DNA of 64,000 nt from Hydrolagus affinis (GCA_012026655.1 JAAILG010001016.1:1-64000), one strand, 5' to 3'. Numbered from the stretch's first letter, positions 12,987 through 25,400 are shown. Numbers and translations: made by a program. Notes: generated by a model not told the origin, from the letters alone.

Positions 12987-13056
12987 ATAATAATAATCCT
13001 TGCATTTTATATCATGCTTTTCACATCTTCTAGACGTCTTAAAGCGTTTCACAGAT
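12987..13056 (-). mobile_element. Young SINE family, 3' tail only
   Basis: AATAATAATCCTTGCATTTTATATC...CACATCTTCTAGACGTCTTAAAGCGTTTCACAG matches the tail shared by many copies here. Confidence 0.75.
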
Positions 13057-14111
13057 TATGCACGTATCCTGCCTTTTAAGTCAAATTAACTTTCCCAACA
13101 CCCACCAACCCCCAACATAACAATAGAATAAAACATAAAAGAAGGAAATTCAAATGTATTCCAGATGTTACAGTTCTTATTCCAAGATACCACCCTCCCC
13201 CCTTCCCCCTGCCCCCCAACTCACTGTAAGTTGCTATTTTCTGTCAGTAATAAAGCATTTCTTTGGTTTTACTTTCAGAATCTGGCTGCATCATTAAATT
13301 ATATAATCATATAAAAATAAACCCTAATAGTTACCACAAGAATTCTGCAACAGATTTCCTTAAAAGGCAATTCTTTTTCTTTCTCTCTCTGCGTGTTTTT
13401 TTTTAGCAATCTAATACTGTATGTTGTTATGTAGCTTCCTTTATTTTGACAAAGTTTAACTATCTCATTTCAAGACATCTCTCCATTTGTTAGCATGGTA
13501 ACAATTCTTTCCTGCATTGTCCACTTGAGATCCTTGTAATGGCAAGCAATACAAACTGCTTCAACTCACAGCAGCAATAAATTAACACAGTGCAGCGTGT
13601 CAAAATAATAATAAGGATCCTTAAGAACACACCTGAGGATTGCGTGGGGAATGTTCGGGAGTTGGTCTGTCCAAAGTGAACAGGTGGAGCCTAAGAAACA
13701 GGAAATAACACAGGCTGACGGAAGGATCAAATTTATTTCCAGGCTTTGACATTTCTCCATCCACGTTGCAACAAGACTTGAATTGAAGGCTTCTTTCTCA
13801 GTTCTATTCTCTGCTGTGATTGGAGACTATAGTGAATCAACAGAGAATTGGGATTACAGTATAGGAGACTGATCAGGGTAGGATGCCTGGGCCAAATGGT
13901 TTCCTTCTGTGCAGTAGTTTCTTTGCGTACAGGGATTTATCTCAGTATTTCCTTTTGTTTATTTTTAAAATGGTCTTAATAAATTAAATAGGATGGAAAT
14001 TGTTCAACTAGATGATGTGCTTTTTATTATAAAACAATGAGTAATTGGATCCACCCATTCGTGTATTTTGTATCCAAGCTTTTAAAGAGTGTGTTCAAAA
14101 CAATAATAATA

Positions 14112-14235
14112 CAGTAAAAGCCCATTTATTTGTGACCCAATCAACGGTAATTTCCTTATAACCAGCACCTCAAAAAAAATGTCCCCATTCGTTTAACCGG
14201 AATCTATCCAGCACAATGTATTATTTATTTATTTG

Positions 14236-14280
<45 letters not shown>

Positions 14281-14360
14281 GTTTTCGGCCGAATATCCGG
14301 CACATGCTTTAACCGGCATTGGCCAGGTCCCGAGGGTGCCGGATAAACGGGCTTTTAGTG
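14112..14360. mobile_element. Tc1/mariner-Tigger-type MITE (249 bp)
   Basis: TIRs CAGTAAAAGCCCATTTAT / ATAAACGGGCTTTTAGTG (2 mismatches in 18), TA on both flanks (14110-11, 14361-62), internal TAACCGG/TATCCGG repeats, no ORF. Confidence 0.8.
14220..14279. repeat. (TTAT)n-(TGAT)n tetranucleotide microsatellite inside the MITE
   Basis: About ten TGAT units preceded by TTAT units, read directly. Confidence 0.9.
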
Positions 14361-14785
14361 TACTTACATTTTATATGGTGCTTTATGCATTCATCAAAAT
14401 ATCCCAAAGTGCTTCGAAGGATTTTACTGCAAAGTGAAGAGATTATGTATCTGTAGGTAGGTGCGGTAGCCAATTTGTGCAAATAAGTGCACCACAAACA
14501 ACCATTAAGCAAATTACGTATTATTTCTGGGGGATTATTGGCCAGGACACAGAAAGGAATTTTATTCTCTTTCAGACTAGCGCCATGGAATCTTTCACAT
14601 CCATCTAAACAGGCAGACAGGACCTCAGTTTAACTTCTCATCCGATGAACTCCAACAATGCAGTGCTCCCTCCACTGCTGTATTGGAGTGTCAGTCTGAA
14701 CTAAAGTAATAAATCAACTGAACTAAAAGAAACTCACTGGCTTGTAGAAAATTATAATAATAATAATTATCCTTGCATTTTGATA

Positions 14786-15955
14786 CAGGTAAGCCTCGAT
14801 TTACGACGCTTCTATTTAGGACATTTCGATTGAAGGACCATCATTTTTTAACACCTTTTGATCGTGTACGACACTTGGATTTGTTTTAAGGACCAAAACA
14901 TTTTTTGTGCATGCGCAGTACATATTTTGAATATCGCGGTCGCATTTCGCGCGTCCTTTTTGTCCATATGCACAGTCCATAGTGTATTCGTGGGTAAATC
15001 CAAGCATTTGAACTAGCCAATACCATGTTGCCACGTCATTGTTTAAAAACTAGCTGATTTTGAAGTGACACCATGCCAGTATTACAGTAATTTCTGAACA
15101 TTCCCGAACATTCCCGAGCAACTTCAAGCGATTTACAGCCTCTACTGTGATTATAGCAAGTCGGGAAAAGACAGCAGTAAGTGAAATGAGCAGCGATAAT
15201 ACCACCAGTGGCCAGAAACCCCGCAAAGTCATCACTTTAAATACCAAACTGAAGGTGATAAAGCGCATCGATTCTGGTGAAAAAGGTACGAACGTCAGGA
15301 GTTCTTTAGGGCTAGCTAGATCGATGGTGGCTACTATAAAACAGAATAAGGACAATATACTGGCAAGGTTCAAGGTGTGTTACAGCTACAGGTGCAAACA
15401 GATTAGCAAAACAGGAGTGATGTGATGGAAAACATGGAAAGAATGCTGAGTGTGTGGATTGAGAATCAGAACCAGCGTAATATATCACTCAACACCCTGG
15501 TTATCCAAGAGAAGGCAAAATCATTGTTTAGGGAGTTAAATGATCAGGAAGGAGAAAGCTCAATGGCACCATCTTTCAGTGCTAGCAGAGGTTTAAAAGA
15601 CGCTATGGGCTCCACAACATCAAGATAAGGGGGGAAGCTACAAGTGCCACTGCCACTGTCACACTGTCTATATTAAAGTTTGCCAGTAATGTAATGTATT
15701 AAAGTTTGCCAGTATTAAAGTACAATACTGTAGTTACCCCAAGTATCCCTTCTTGCCTATGTGTGTTAATTTGTGTGTTATGTTGTGTAGTCTTGTGTGT
15801 TATTTAGTGGGTTTAAGGTCCAAACATTTTGTGAAAAGAACGCATCTCTGGTTATATAATGGGACTGCATGGGAAATCGCATTTTGATTTAGGACGTTTC
15901 TATATACATACAGTTTTTCAGGAACGCAACCCCGTTGTAAATAGAGGTTTACCTG
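14786..15955 (+). mobile_element. Tigger/pogo DNA transposon, internally deleted non-autonomous copy (1170 bp)
   Basis: 23-bp TIRs CAGGTAAGCCTCGATTTACGACG / CGTTGTAAATAGAGGTTTACCTG (3 mismatches), TA duplication (14784-85, 15956-57), subterminal ATTTAGGAC repeats, transposase N-terminus inside. Confidence 0.92.
15186..15628 (+). pseudogene. Frameshifted pogo/Tigger transposase N-terminus (CENP-B-type HTH domains); DDE domain absent
   Basis: RKVITLNTKLKVIKRIDSGEK...LGLARSMVATIKQNKDNI (CENP-B N/HTH-psq-like), then MERMLSVWIENQNQRNISLNTLVIQEKAKSLF...FSASRG (HTH_Tnp_Tc5-like) in another frame; similarity ends near 15650. Confidence 0.85.
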
Positions 15956-16989
15956 TATAGTGCTTTTCATGTTTTCTAGATGTCTCAAAGCGCTGAGAAT
16001 ATACTGTGAAGTGAATTGACTGTATATTTGTGGGCAAAACGCGGCAGCCAATTATGCACAGCGGTGTCCCACAAACAGTCATGGATTGAAATGATCAATT
16101 TAGTCTAGTTTTTTTTGAGGGATTATTATTAGGCGTGTGGAGTAAGGAAACTTGCCCAAGGTTTTGCCCTGACCAGCCTGGATTTGAACACAGGTCTCAC
16201 GCTTGTTAGACGAGTGCTCTAACCACTGAGCTACAGGACTCCCGATCCTCTGACCTGACAAACATCTGTCCACCTCCTTCTGGACAATGTGAATAATTCC
16301 CTCCAGCCTTCATGTGTATTCTACGATTCAACTGAAATAGTGTTAAAATTTTAATTCCCACCCTTTTGTATGCACTACATCTTGGCAATGTTATTGATAA
16401 CTACTGCTGGGTTCAATTTTTTACACTGCAGTGCTTGGTGTAAGCAGCAGAATCAATCCATCCCAGATCTCTCGCATCTGAAGTGGAGTATCAGTAACTT
16501 GTGGATCAGGTAATCCCTTCAAAATAATAGTGGAACATTATGCAGTTCTGCATCTCTAGTGTTTCTTTGAAGAAATCGGTAGATCTAAATGTTTGGGATG
16601 CTCCGAGAGTTTGACTCTAAGTATCTCCTTTCTTCCCCCTGCTTTCTGGTGCCCAGTTCTGTCCGCAGGCTACTTTCAGAGGTCTGTGGTGATGTGGAGC
16701 TGAGCTTGATCTAAAGGGAAAGATGTGCTGATGGGTTTAATTACACCACTAGAAGAACAACAACAACAGCTTGTATTTATGTAGAGCCCCTCATGAAGCG
16801 TACCATCCCAGAATTAGATTTGAAGAGGTGTATTTCTGGGGTAGGGGAGTTTACTCTTTCTGGAGCTTGAAAAGTTCATTGTGTAGCTCCCCTTGTGCTA
16901 ATGTCAGTCGAGTACTATTAGCTGCAGAGGACATCACGCTTTAAAAGAGCCTGACTGTATCCTGACATATCAAATGTCTTTCCCAGTGG

Positions 16990-17170
16990 GGTGTAATGCC
17001 GTTGGGAAGAGATCAGAAGCCAAATCCCTGGTTGCCTTCTCCGTTCCCCAGTCCAAGTCCCAGTCCATCTGTCCTGCCAAACCCAGCACTTTGAATGGTC
17101 CCTTTTCCACCAATCTATCCACAGAGGCTCCAAGTGATGCCTGCATTTACCTTTCATCAAGCAGTCACCA
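16990..17170 (+). mobile_element. Degraded L2 LINE ORF2 C-terminal fragment
   Basis: TCCCTGGTTGCCTTCTCCGTTCCCCAG...TTGAATGGTCCCTTTTCCACCAATCTATCC loosely resembles the L2 LHWLPV..RI.FK...L.G.AP.YLS segment. Confidence 0.35.
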
Positions 17171-20100
17171 AACGTTGGACATTACGAGAGCTTAGGTATT
17201 GTCTACAGTCCAATGTGTACTCAATTGTAGTGTAAGTTGAATTAGTGTCCAATATCTTTCTCCTTAGCCTCAGAAGGTAGACTTAATTCCATACCCTCTT
17301 GAATCTTTAATCGGGATTTTGGCCACTGTTCTTTATTCTGATTCAGCTTTTTTTCATTGATATCCTTTAAAAGAATTAGCTAATAAAAAAAGACATTAAC
17401 TTTAGCAGTCTTTTGTTTATTTTTTTCCTGTATTTTTGAGTTTTTAACATGTTTTTATTACGAACCATAAGGGCTGATAATATCATCAGGGGAGCTGGCT
17501 TGGAAGTCATAATGAATCTGACAGCCTTAGGGAGCTGATTAACAAGCAGAGGGGAAACTGCAGCACTTTACATTAATGACTACATCAAATTGGCTTCTTT
17601 GCCTGTTAACTTCAGTAACACCTTCAAAGCAGTAACTCACATGATGCCCTCATTGCTTCAACATTTTTTAAAAAAACAGGAAAGTAAAAATGATTTCTAA
17701 GTTAATATTGTACTTCTTTCCATTTGTGGTAAACAAATGCTAAAAATTTACGGTACTTTTTGTCCTTCAATTATCTGGTAAATAGTCCTTTTTTTAATCA
17801 AAGTGAATGGTATAATTTCGTCCCAATGTTTTTGGTGTTACATGATAAAGCAATCAAATCATGTAACACAGGGCAGGAGGAATTAAACAACTTGTTAAGG
17901 GAAACCTTTAACAGCGGTCATTTTATTGAGTATTCTAGAAGCCTTGATAGTTTTCCATTTCAGTGGCAAATTGGTTTACTGATGCTCTGGTGATTTTACT
18001 GATGACACTGGGAAACACTGGGAAATTACTCCAGGGCATCAGTAACTTAAATGTGATCTTAATGGTAAAATGATTGTCAAAACCATTTCCTCCCCATAGC
18101 AATTGGAAGGTACTTTCTAACACCACATAAGGCCCAGGATTTACCTTATTTTATCTGGTAAGTCTATGTTGTCGTCAAATTGAAGATTACACAGAATTGT
18201 GGGATATTCTTAAAATACGTCTTCATTCAACAGTCAGTCTCATGAGTTTTTCTGATTTCTTACCCGGTAGTGGGGTGGGGTGGTGGGGTGGGGAGAAATA
18301 TTGGTGTACATGTATTTTACCCATAAATGATACAGTCAATTCACTTCACAGTATAATCTTTGAAGTGCTTTGAGACGTCTAGAAGACATGACCCAACAGC
18401 CACACACATCTAGGACACTCTGGTTAGCGATGAGGAAGAGGAAACCCTGCTCAAACCTGTAACCTTCCAGTCTCTATGGCCTACTATTATATGCACAAGT
18501 CCAACAGAGAAGCTCCAGGTTACATGCCTTGGCATTGATTGTTCATTGTATTGCTTTCATACTGTTACTTCTCCTTGAAGGGAGTGATGAGTGATTCTTC
18601 CTTGTGGCCATTCTTCTTGTACAAATTAGTACAGTGACTGTCGCCACGCTGGCCTGCTGTAGAGAATACCAAACTTTCATGAATATTTGGTTTTAATGTA
18701 GTTGCCGTGTCCTTTCCTTTTTGACATCACTTTCCAAGAGCAACAAACATTTTGGCACTGGGCAATTGTTGGAAGATATCTGTTCATCAAAGAGCATCTG
18801 GAAACTCAGGCTGCAGTAATTACACTTTGGACATATTATGCAAGAGTCTTGTTTAACAAATCATTCTTTTGCTGAACTGCCACTTTATTTTCTGCTGCTT
18901 AATGTCTTTTTCACCTTGCTCAATTAGTAAAGTATGGTTTCAAGGGATAGTCTTCATATGGCATAACTGAATTAATTCTCTGGAACTACTTCACACAGCC
19001 GAGAGCATGTTGTCTGAGGTCTGGTTATAATACAATTTACAGCTTAACTTCACTTTTTACCAAAACAATCCAGGGGAAAGTAAATAACAGATATGCCAAT
19101 ACTATTTATTATTGTTATGGAAGCATTTTATCCATTAAAATTTTCTAGCTAATGCCTACCACTTGTTTTGGTCAGCTGGGTGTCTGTCACACATGTAAAC
19201 TCATCACTGTGCTTGAGGCTTCAAAACCAAACTACTTTTAGATGCACATTTGCGTCAAATTGATCTGGAATGGAGTGCATTCTCTCCCTGCTCATCTAAT
19301 CCTGCAAGGTATCAGGTGTAGGTTGGCAAGAGTCAAGGCTTGGGTCACCCCAGAGACCATGTTGAGATGCTGCTTCAGTTTTAACAGCTAAATAAGCATA
19401 GGTTGCCATTGAGAGTAATGCCTCGGACGTTTCTGCTATGTAGAGTTTGACAAGCATTACTTCTGGGCTGATAATTGGTGACTGATCTTGAATATTGTAA
19501 AGTGAATCATAGTCACTATACAAATAAACCTTTTTTATATGAAATAAATTAGTTTTTTTTATATACTAAGTCATGAGTATATGGTCTCCCTGTCACTTCT
19601 AATGGGTGGGGGTGGGGGGGAGGTTACTTGTCAAATTCTGTCTGCAGCTCAGCAAATAGCTGATTTGCTATTTGAGCTTGTCACTGTGGAAGCAGTTGGA
19701 TGATGCTACATGACGGTTTTTCAAAGTGGACTTGTACAGGTTGACAGCTGTACTCCATCACACAGGATGGTACAATAAACTACTCAAGTGTTTGCTGTCA
19801 GCAGGACATGCGGGCAAGCGGGTGGTCATAGAAATAGAGGGGGATGGGGCTCACTCGCCAAGTAACAGAAAACTTCCCCGTTTGCTCATTCAAACACAAC
19901 TGGTTGTATTTTGGAGTAGAATGACGTTGGACAAACCAGGTCTCTAAATTATCTAGCTCTGTGCTGAACCAAATTTTTCAATCTTTAGTAAATAACAATA
20001 ACAACAACAACAACAAAATTATATTTGTACAGCTGGGGTCCAATTTGCACTATTTATTAACAGGACTTTTCATTAAATATTTGAGACATACAAATAGGAA

Positions 20101-22119
20101 TTGCTTTCGATAACAGATATGTTATAGGTTTAGGTTTCAATTTTGAAACATAGGTTTCAATTTTAGATCCTCTTCTCACACACCATTTCTCCAGCTGAGG
20201 AGATAGAATGGCAACTCACTCACATTCTTCTTTCAATGCCCTGAGGTCTCTAACCATTTGCTCAGATAATGTGCCAAGTTTAAAGAAAACTCAGTGTGAT
20301 TTGACGTGTAGATGCAGAATTAGCCAAACTCATCTTGTAATAGGTGAATACTGTATTATTGTTCATTCTGTTTTTAATTAGGAGTTCTGTTGCTTTCCAA
20401 AGAGTTCAGCTTCCAAGCCATCCACATTGTGTGTTCACACCCCACATAACTGGTTTAACCAAGGAGAAAAGCCTGAAGATCTGCTTCCAAGCCTTTGTCA
20501 ATGCTACCCTACAACTAGCTGTGTGTGTGTGTGTGTTTGTGGGGGAACAGTGGCGGCCAGGAGATGTTGAGAGTGGCCTGGGGTGATTGATCATCACCTT
20601 TTTTTCTGTCTCCATCTGGCCTCTGCTCGTCAAAGCCGACAATGGTATTAGTTGGTGTCTGGAACTTGCCACAAGGCAAATTGCAGACTTTAACCTGCAT
20701 CCTATGCTTGAGACACAGCAATGCCCGTAGCTCGTACCAACAACTTGTTCCCTTTTTATAGGTCTTCCTAATTCTGGCAATTTATTGCACCAAGTAAAAT
20801 ATTCTGGGCCCTGTGAGTCTTGTGAAACTGGTTAAATAAAGTGAATTACAATCATGAGCAATGTTTGCAATTTGATTCCAATTCAATTTTTATCTGTGTC
20901 TCTCTCTCTTAAGCACATCATTTCATAAATCATCCCTATTCATAAATGTTTCTGCTTTTGTCCTCCTTTTTGCGGTACTAGTTCTGTAATGGAAAGTTAA
21001 TAAATCATTAATAAATTCATTAAAAATTAATTTTTAAAATTGGTTTAGTGTGCGGAAGGTTGGAAAAGTGATCCTGGACAACGCAACGATAAATAGATTG
21101 TCGTAATGTCTCCGGAGATCAAATATTGGTTGGAATTAAAGCAATTTGACGAGGGCAGCAAAGTAGTTTCATTAAACAGGAATATCCTTCAGGATTATTC
21201 ACCAAAGGACATAAACTGAGTAGAATAAATGCTGCCCTTACCGCAGGGAGTAAAGGGTTAAAGTCGTTTGTTGCAAGCTGGTTGGGTCAAGGACTTTATT
21301 GTGTACATGGGCAATGGTGCAAGCCAAAGCACAGGTGCAGCTGATAGCAGTGAGCAGCAATTCAGACAGGGAGATAATGATAGAGGTGTGGGAAGGTTAG
21401 GTCTAAGCAAGGCATAGGAGGGAAGAGAACAAAGTGTACTTTACAGAAGGTTTCATTTGGGACTAATGTAGCTCTTAAAAAGTAATGTCAGGCAGTGACA
21501 GGCAATGCCAGTTCCCAAATGTTCCGTAATGCTTATTCCCTCATAAAAATCCATTTGACTACAGTATTAAAATCTTTTTTTAAAATACACCAATCATTTA
21601 TTAACAGGCACATTAGAGAATTTCAGCAGCATAATTGCCATTATCTTGTTTGATAATACTTATGTACATAACCTTGAACTTTAGACTAGAGCAGAGGAGA
21701 ATGAGAGTGAACACAAAGAGTTGATTTTTATATGATAAACCTAATCTACAGAGCAACAAAAGGAACTAGACAAAATGAGAAACACTTCAGTGACCACATC
21801 AAGCCATAGGTTAACTTCTGGGCGGATAATGAGGTTGAAAATCTTTGCACAATTCGGGGATGTGAGATAGTAATTTACCCTCAACTCCTCCCTTCTCCTC
21901 CCTCACCACTACATATAATTTTAGGCACTGCTTCAGAGCAAACCTTTTTGTGCGTTTTAAATAAGACTAGATGGAGTTTGTCAACTAACATACTGTATGT
22001 GTATTTCTTTCACCATTAACATATGCACAATAATGTTGGTGGCATTAACACAATATCATTAATATACAATATTTAACAGAGTAAGGGCTGTGTTTGACAA
22101 TCAACATTGTTTTCTGTTT

Positions 22120-22230
22120 ACAAAAACAGAACTTGCTGTGAACATTCAGCAAGTAGAGTGTTACCTGTTGAGTGTTCCCAGACTTCTGTTTTTGTTTCAG
22201 ATTTCCAGCATCTGCAATATTTTATGTATT
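22120..22230. mobile_element. Penelope-type shark repeat remnant with inverted arms
   Basis: ACCTGTTGAGTGTTCCCAGACTTCTGTTTTTGTTTCAGATTTCCAGCATCTGCAATATTTT resembles a recalled abundant chondrichthyan Penelope-derived repeat; 22120-22153 is an inverted copy of 22164-22195. Confidence 0.55.
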
Positions 22231-22332
22231 GTTTATATTTGTGTCTGTTTGTTGTGTTGATTCTGTGCCTGTAATTCGCATCTATCCATTGTAAATTATA
22301 TGAAAAGTGAACACCTGAATGTTGTTAATAGA

Positions 22333-22405
22333 ATAATAATAACCGTTGCATTTGATATAGCCTTTTAGGATGTCATTGAGACATCTCAAATCGCTTCACC
22401 GAATA
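22333..22405 (-). mobile_element. Young SINE family, 3' tail only
   Basis: AATAATAATAACCGTTGCATTTGATATAGCC...GAGACATCTCAAATCGCTTCAC. Confidence 0.7.
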
Positions 22406-25400
22406 TATGGTAAAGGGAATAACTTCTTTCAATACAAAGTAATAGCTTCTGCATAAATTTTCAGTTTAAGTTTCGCAAATTAGCGAAAGTCTCACTTCTG
22501 GCACCCGCTATTACATTGCTTTAAACTATTCCAGGTGGTAAGAGTGGTTTTAGCTTCAAGTTTAGGATATGGATGACACATCACTGATGCTGGTTGAGAC
22601 TTGAAAAGCCCAACAGAATTACATTTGTGCATTTGCAAAAACAAAAGACAAAAATTCTGCTTTGGGTTATGGCATTTAACTCAGCTGATTGAGGGGCAGG
22701 AATCTACTCAAATCAAGTTTGACCTATTGCATTACATAATGCAGAAAAGATCAGTTAATTTAATTATTGATACAGGTATCTTCGCTAGCTGACAAAGTAA
22801 ACAGGAAGTAAAGTATAGCGGAGAATGGATTCACACCCGCTTAAAAATATCGCCTGCTTCAAAAATATAAAGATTTAGGTTTTGTAATAGATTTAGGATG
22901 TGTACTTAGAAAAATGATAAGGGGGAAAGAGATCAATTCAAATTAATTTATTTCTGAAGATCTGTCAATCCTTTTCAACCACTACCAATCAGGGTCATTA
23001 AACTTTCAGTGAGGCATCCGTATCTCACACACAATTTTACATTATGGGGTGGTGAAGTATATGGAAACTTTACCATGCAGTGCAGAACATCTGATCTGCT
23101 TATGTTTCCTTTTATTTTCTCTATAATTTTCCTCCAAATCTTCTCTCCTGAATCCATTTGACTTCCTTATCTCACCTGAGCCACAGTCCTCGCTCAACTT
23201 CACTAAAGTGCTAGTAATCATTTGCGAGCCATAATGGTGAATGTTGGTAGGTTTTTAAACCAGGGAAGCCACACATTCTGCACAAGAAATGTCATGGCAC
23301 ATGGAATAGATGCATGGATTTGGAATCCAGGAAAGAATTTCTTCCCACAAATAATTATGGGAATATGCACCCAAATAGGCCATAACACGTGACACAATAA
23401 TTGTCAAGATGCGCTTGGTCAATTTAATCATTTGAGGGGGAAGGAGATTGTTACTGTACTTAATGTTTGGTCATACAGACACAAGGCAAGGAAACTATTG
23501 AAAACACAAGAAAAACTTCCATTGACTGATAAAATGGCTCAGTGGGCCAAATATTATTATTGCAGCTCAACCTGATTCTGTCCTCACCAGCTAAACACAC
23601 CCAAGAGGGTTTCTTGCTCTCCAAATCAGGGGGCACTAAGCCCAATTCTCTGATTGAACATAGGAGTTTATAGATCTGCATTGCTGAGACGCTCACTGAA
23701 TAAATTCCTTCAGCCTTAGATATGCTATTTTCAGCCCGCGATCCGGCAGGTTGACTTTTATGCTTGATTTATACCAGTAAAAAGCCTCCAGTGTAAATGA
23801 CGCAAATGTTTTATAAGCAAGTGTCTTAAATGGTGTTTAACACAGTTAAAACATTTATAAAATCTAAACTACAGCTGCCGAATAAGATGTAATGTAGAAT
23901 GTGATTATGAAATGTGAGCCATAAAGCTGATTAAAATGTGTAATCTGAACAAAACATTCACTCAACAATAATTTACTGTTAAAGTAATCATTAGTACAAT
24001 GAATATAGATTGTGTGTGTGGTCTGGGGATTTTCAAAGTGATTGATTTACACGTATACCTATCAGCTATTCATTTGGAACAAACTGAAATGCGCACCAGG
24101 CTGAATACAGACATAAAGCACTGCTGGATTACATCAGATCATAGGTAGTGTCATTGGGTATGAGAGAATAATTTGATCAATGACTGGGTAAGCAAAGTTC
24201 AAGCAGTTTATAAATGTTGTATCACGATTAGACTCTAGAATTGTCTTAAACTGACTGGCAGATTGACAGATTTTTCTTCTTCAAAAATTGACAATTTCTG
24301 TATTTTAAAAAAAGGTGTTACAGGTATTAAGTTTTATGCCATTACAAAGTCAGACCTCAGAGCTCAGTTGTTATGGTGAAATAGAATAAGTCGTAGTGGA
24401 ATGGGAAATTGAATGTATGTACTCTGTAAAATGTGGATAAAATAGTGGGGTGATGGAACATGTTCTATATTTTAACATAAAACCTTGCTTCCTATTGCAG
24501 AATTTTGGTTTAGCATTAGGTAGGCAATATATTCTGTATATTATACAGACGTTAGGTTTCTTACCCCTCCTCCCCCTATGAATGAATTGCAGCAGAACTT
24601 TCACACGTGGAGAGTCTACAGCTCAGGAATGTTTCAGATCCACACAAGTCGTGATGTAATTTGCAAAGTGCAGGAATGCCTGGAACTCATTGTTGTCAGT
24701 GATTTAAGCATTTCACACCAATGATACAGTAATGCAGGGTATTTATAAGTTAAAGATCTTTTTTTCTTTCCCACATGAATATATAACCCCCGGTGGAGCA
24801 CTATCCCCTGTAGCGATATGAAAATTAAGATCTGAACACAGGCACATTTGTACTTGAAATTGCAGAAGGCTTTGTGTATTGTGAATGGTTACATGATAGT
24901 TTATATGTGGACATTCAGCTTTTATGAGTTGTGTGATTGAACAGTTAGGTTATTCGCTTGAAAACAGCCTTATGTGTCTTTATTAATTAAATAGTTTTCA
25001 GAATTACTTAGATCCTTCCTGTGTTTGGTTGTTTTGATGTCATTGTCTAAAATAGTTACTTTTTTTAATTTACTATCTTCATAAAAGGCTGGTTGTAGTA
25101 CATTTTGATGACGTGTTATGAATATATTAATGTATACCTCATGTTAATATATAAAAGATAGAAAAGATATCTTTACAGTATAAAGAATATAAAAGAATGT
25201 AAAATGTGATTGAGTAACAGTCGGCCCTGCTGCTCATCAGGCCTGTTGCTTTTGACAGAATCATGTTCTGTTAGCACTGTCAAGAACTCTCCCTAACTTA
25301 TTTAATCTACTGTGGGTGCTGGGTAACCACAGATAATACTTCCAAGCAGAGTGAAGTCTGGACATTTCTCTCTGACCGGCACTCCCTATCCCAACAAAGA

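Larger units (their letters stand above)
14101..14700 (-). mobile_element. Old Deu-domain SINE whose tail is interrupted by the MITE
   Basis: 14535-14700 TTGGCCAGGACAC...AGCGCCATGGAATCTTTCACATCCATCTAAACAGGCAGACAGGACCTCAGTTTAACTTCTCATCCGA...AATGCAGTGCTCCCTC matches the Deu core of AmnSINE1/SacSINE1-type SINEs; tail AATAATAATA|CTTACATTTTATATGGTGCTTT is split at TA. Confidence 0.75.
14754..16242 (-). mobile_element. Full-length tRNA-Ala-derived SINE split by the Tigger insertion
   Basis: Head (reverse complement GGAGTCCTGTAGCTCAGTGGTTAGAGCACTCG) ends at 16242; body 15958-16150; the tail continues at 14754-14785 on the far side of the transposon. Confidence 0.88.

Noticed and set aside
16170-16242. 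tRNA-like sequences here and at 40277, 49376, 58818 and 53010 as real tRNA genes
   Set aside because: Each continues into SINE body or tail, has mismatched stems and lacks a proper acceptor end and terminator.
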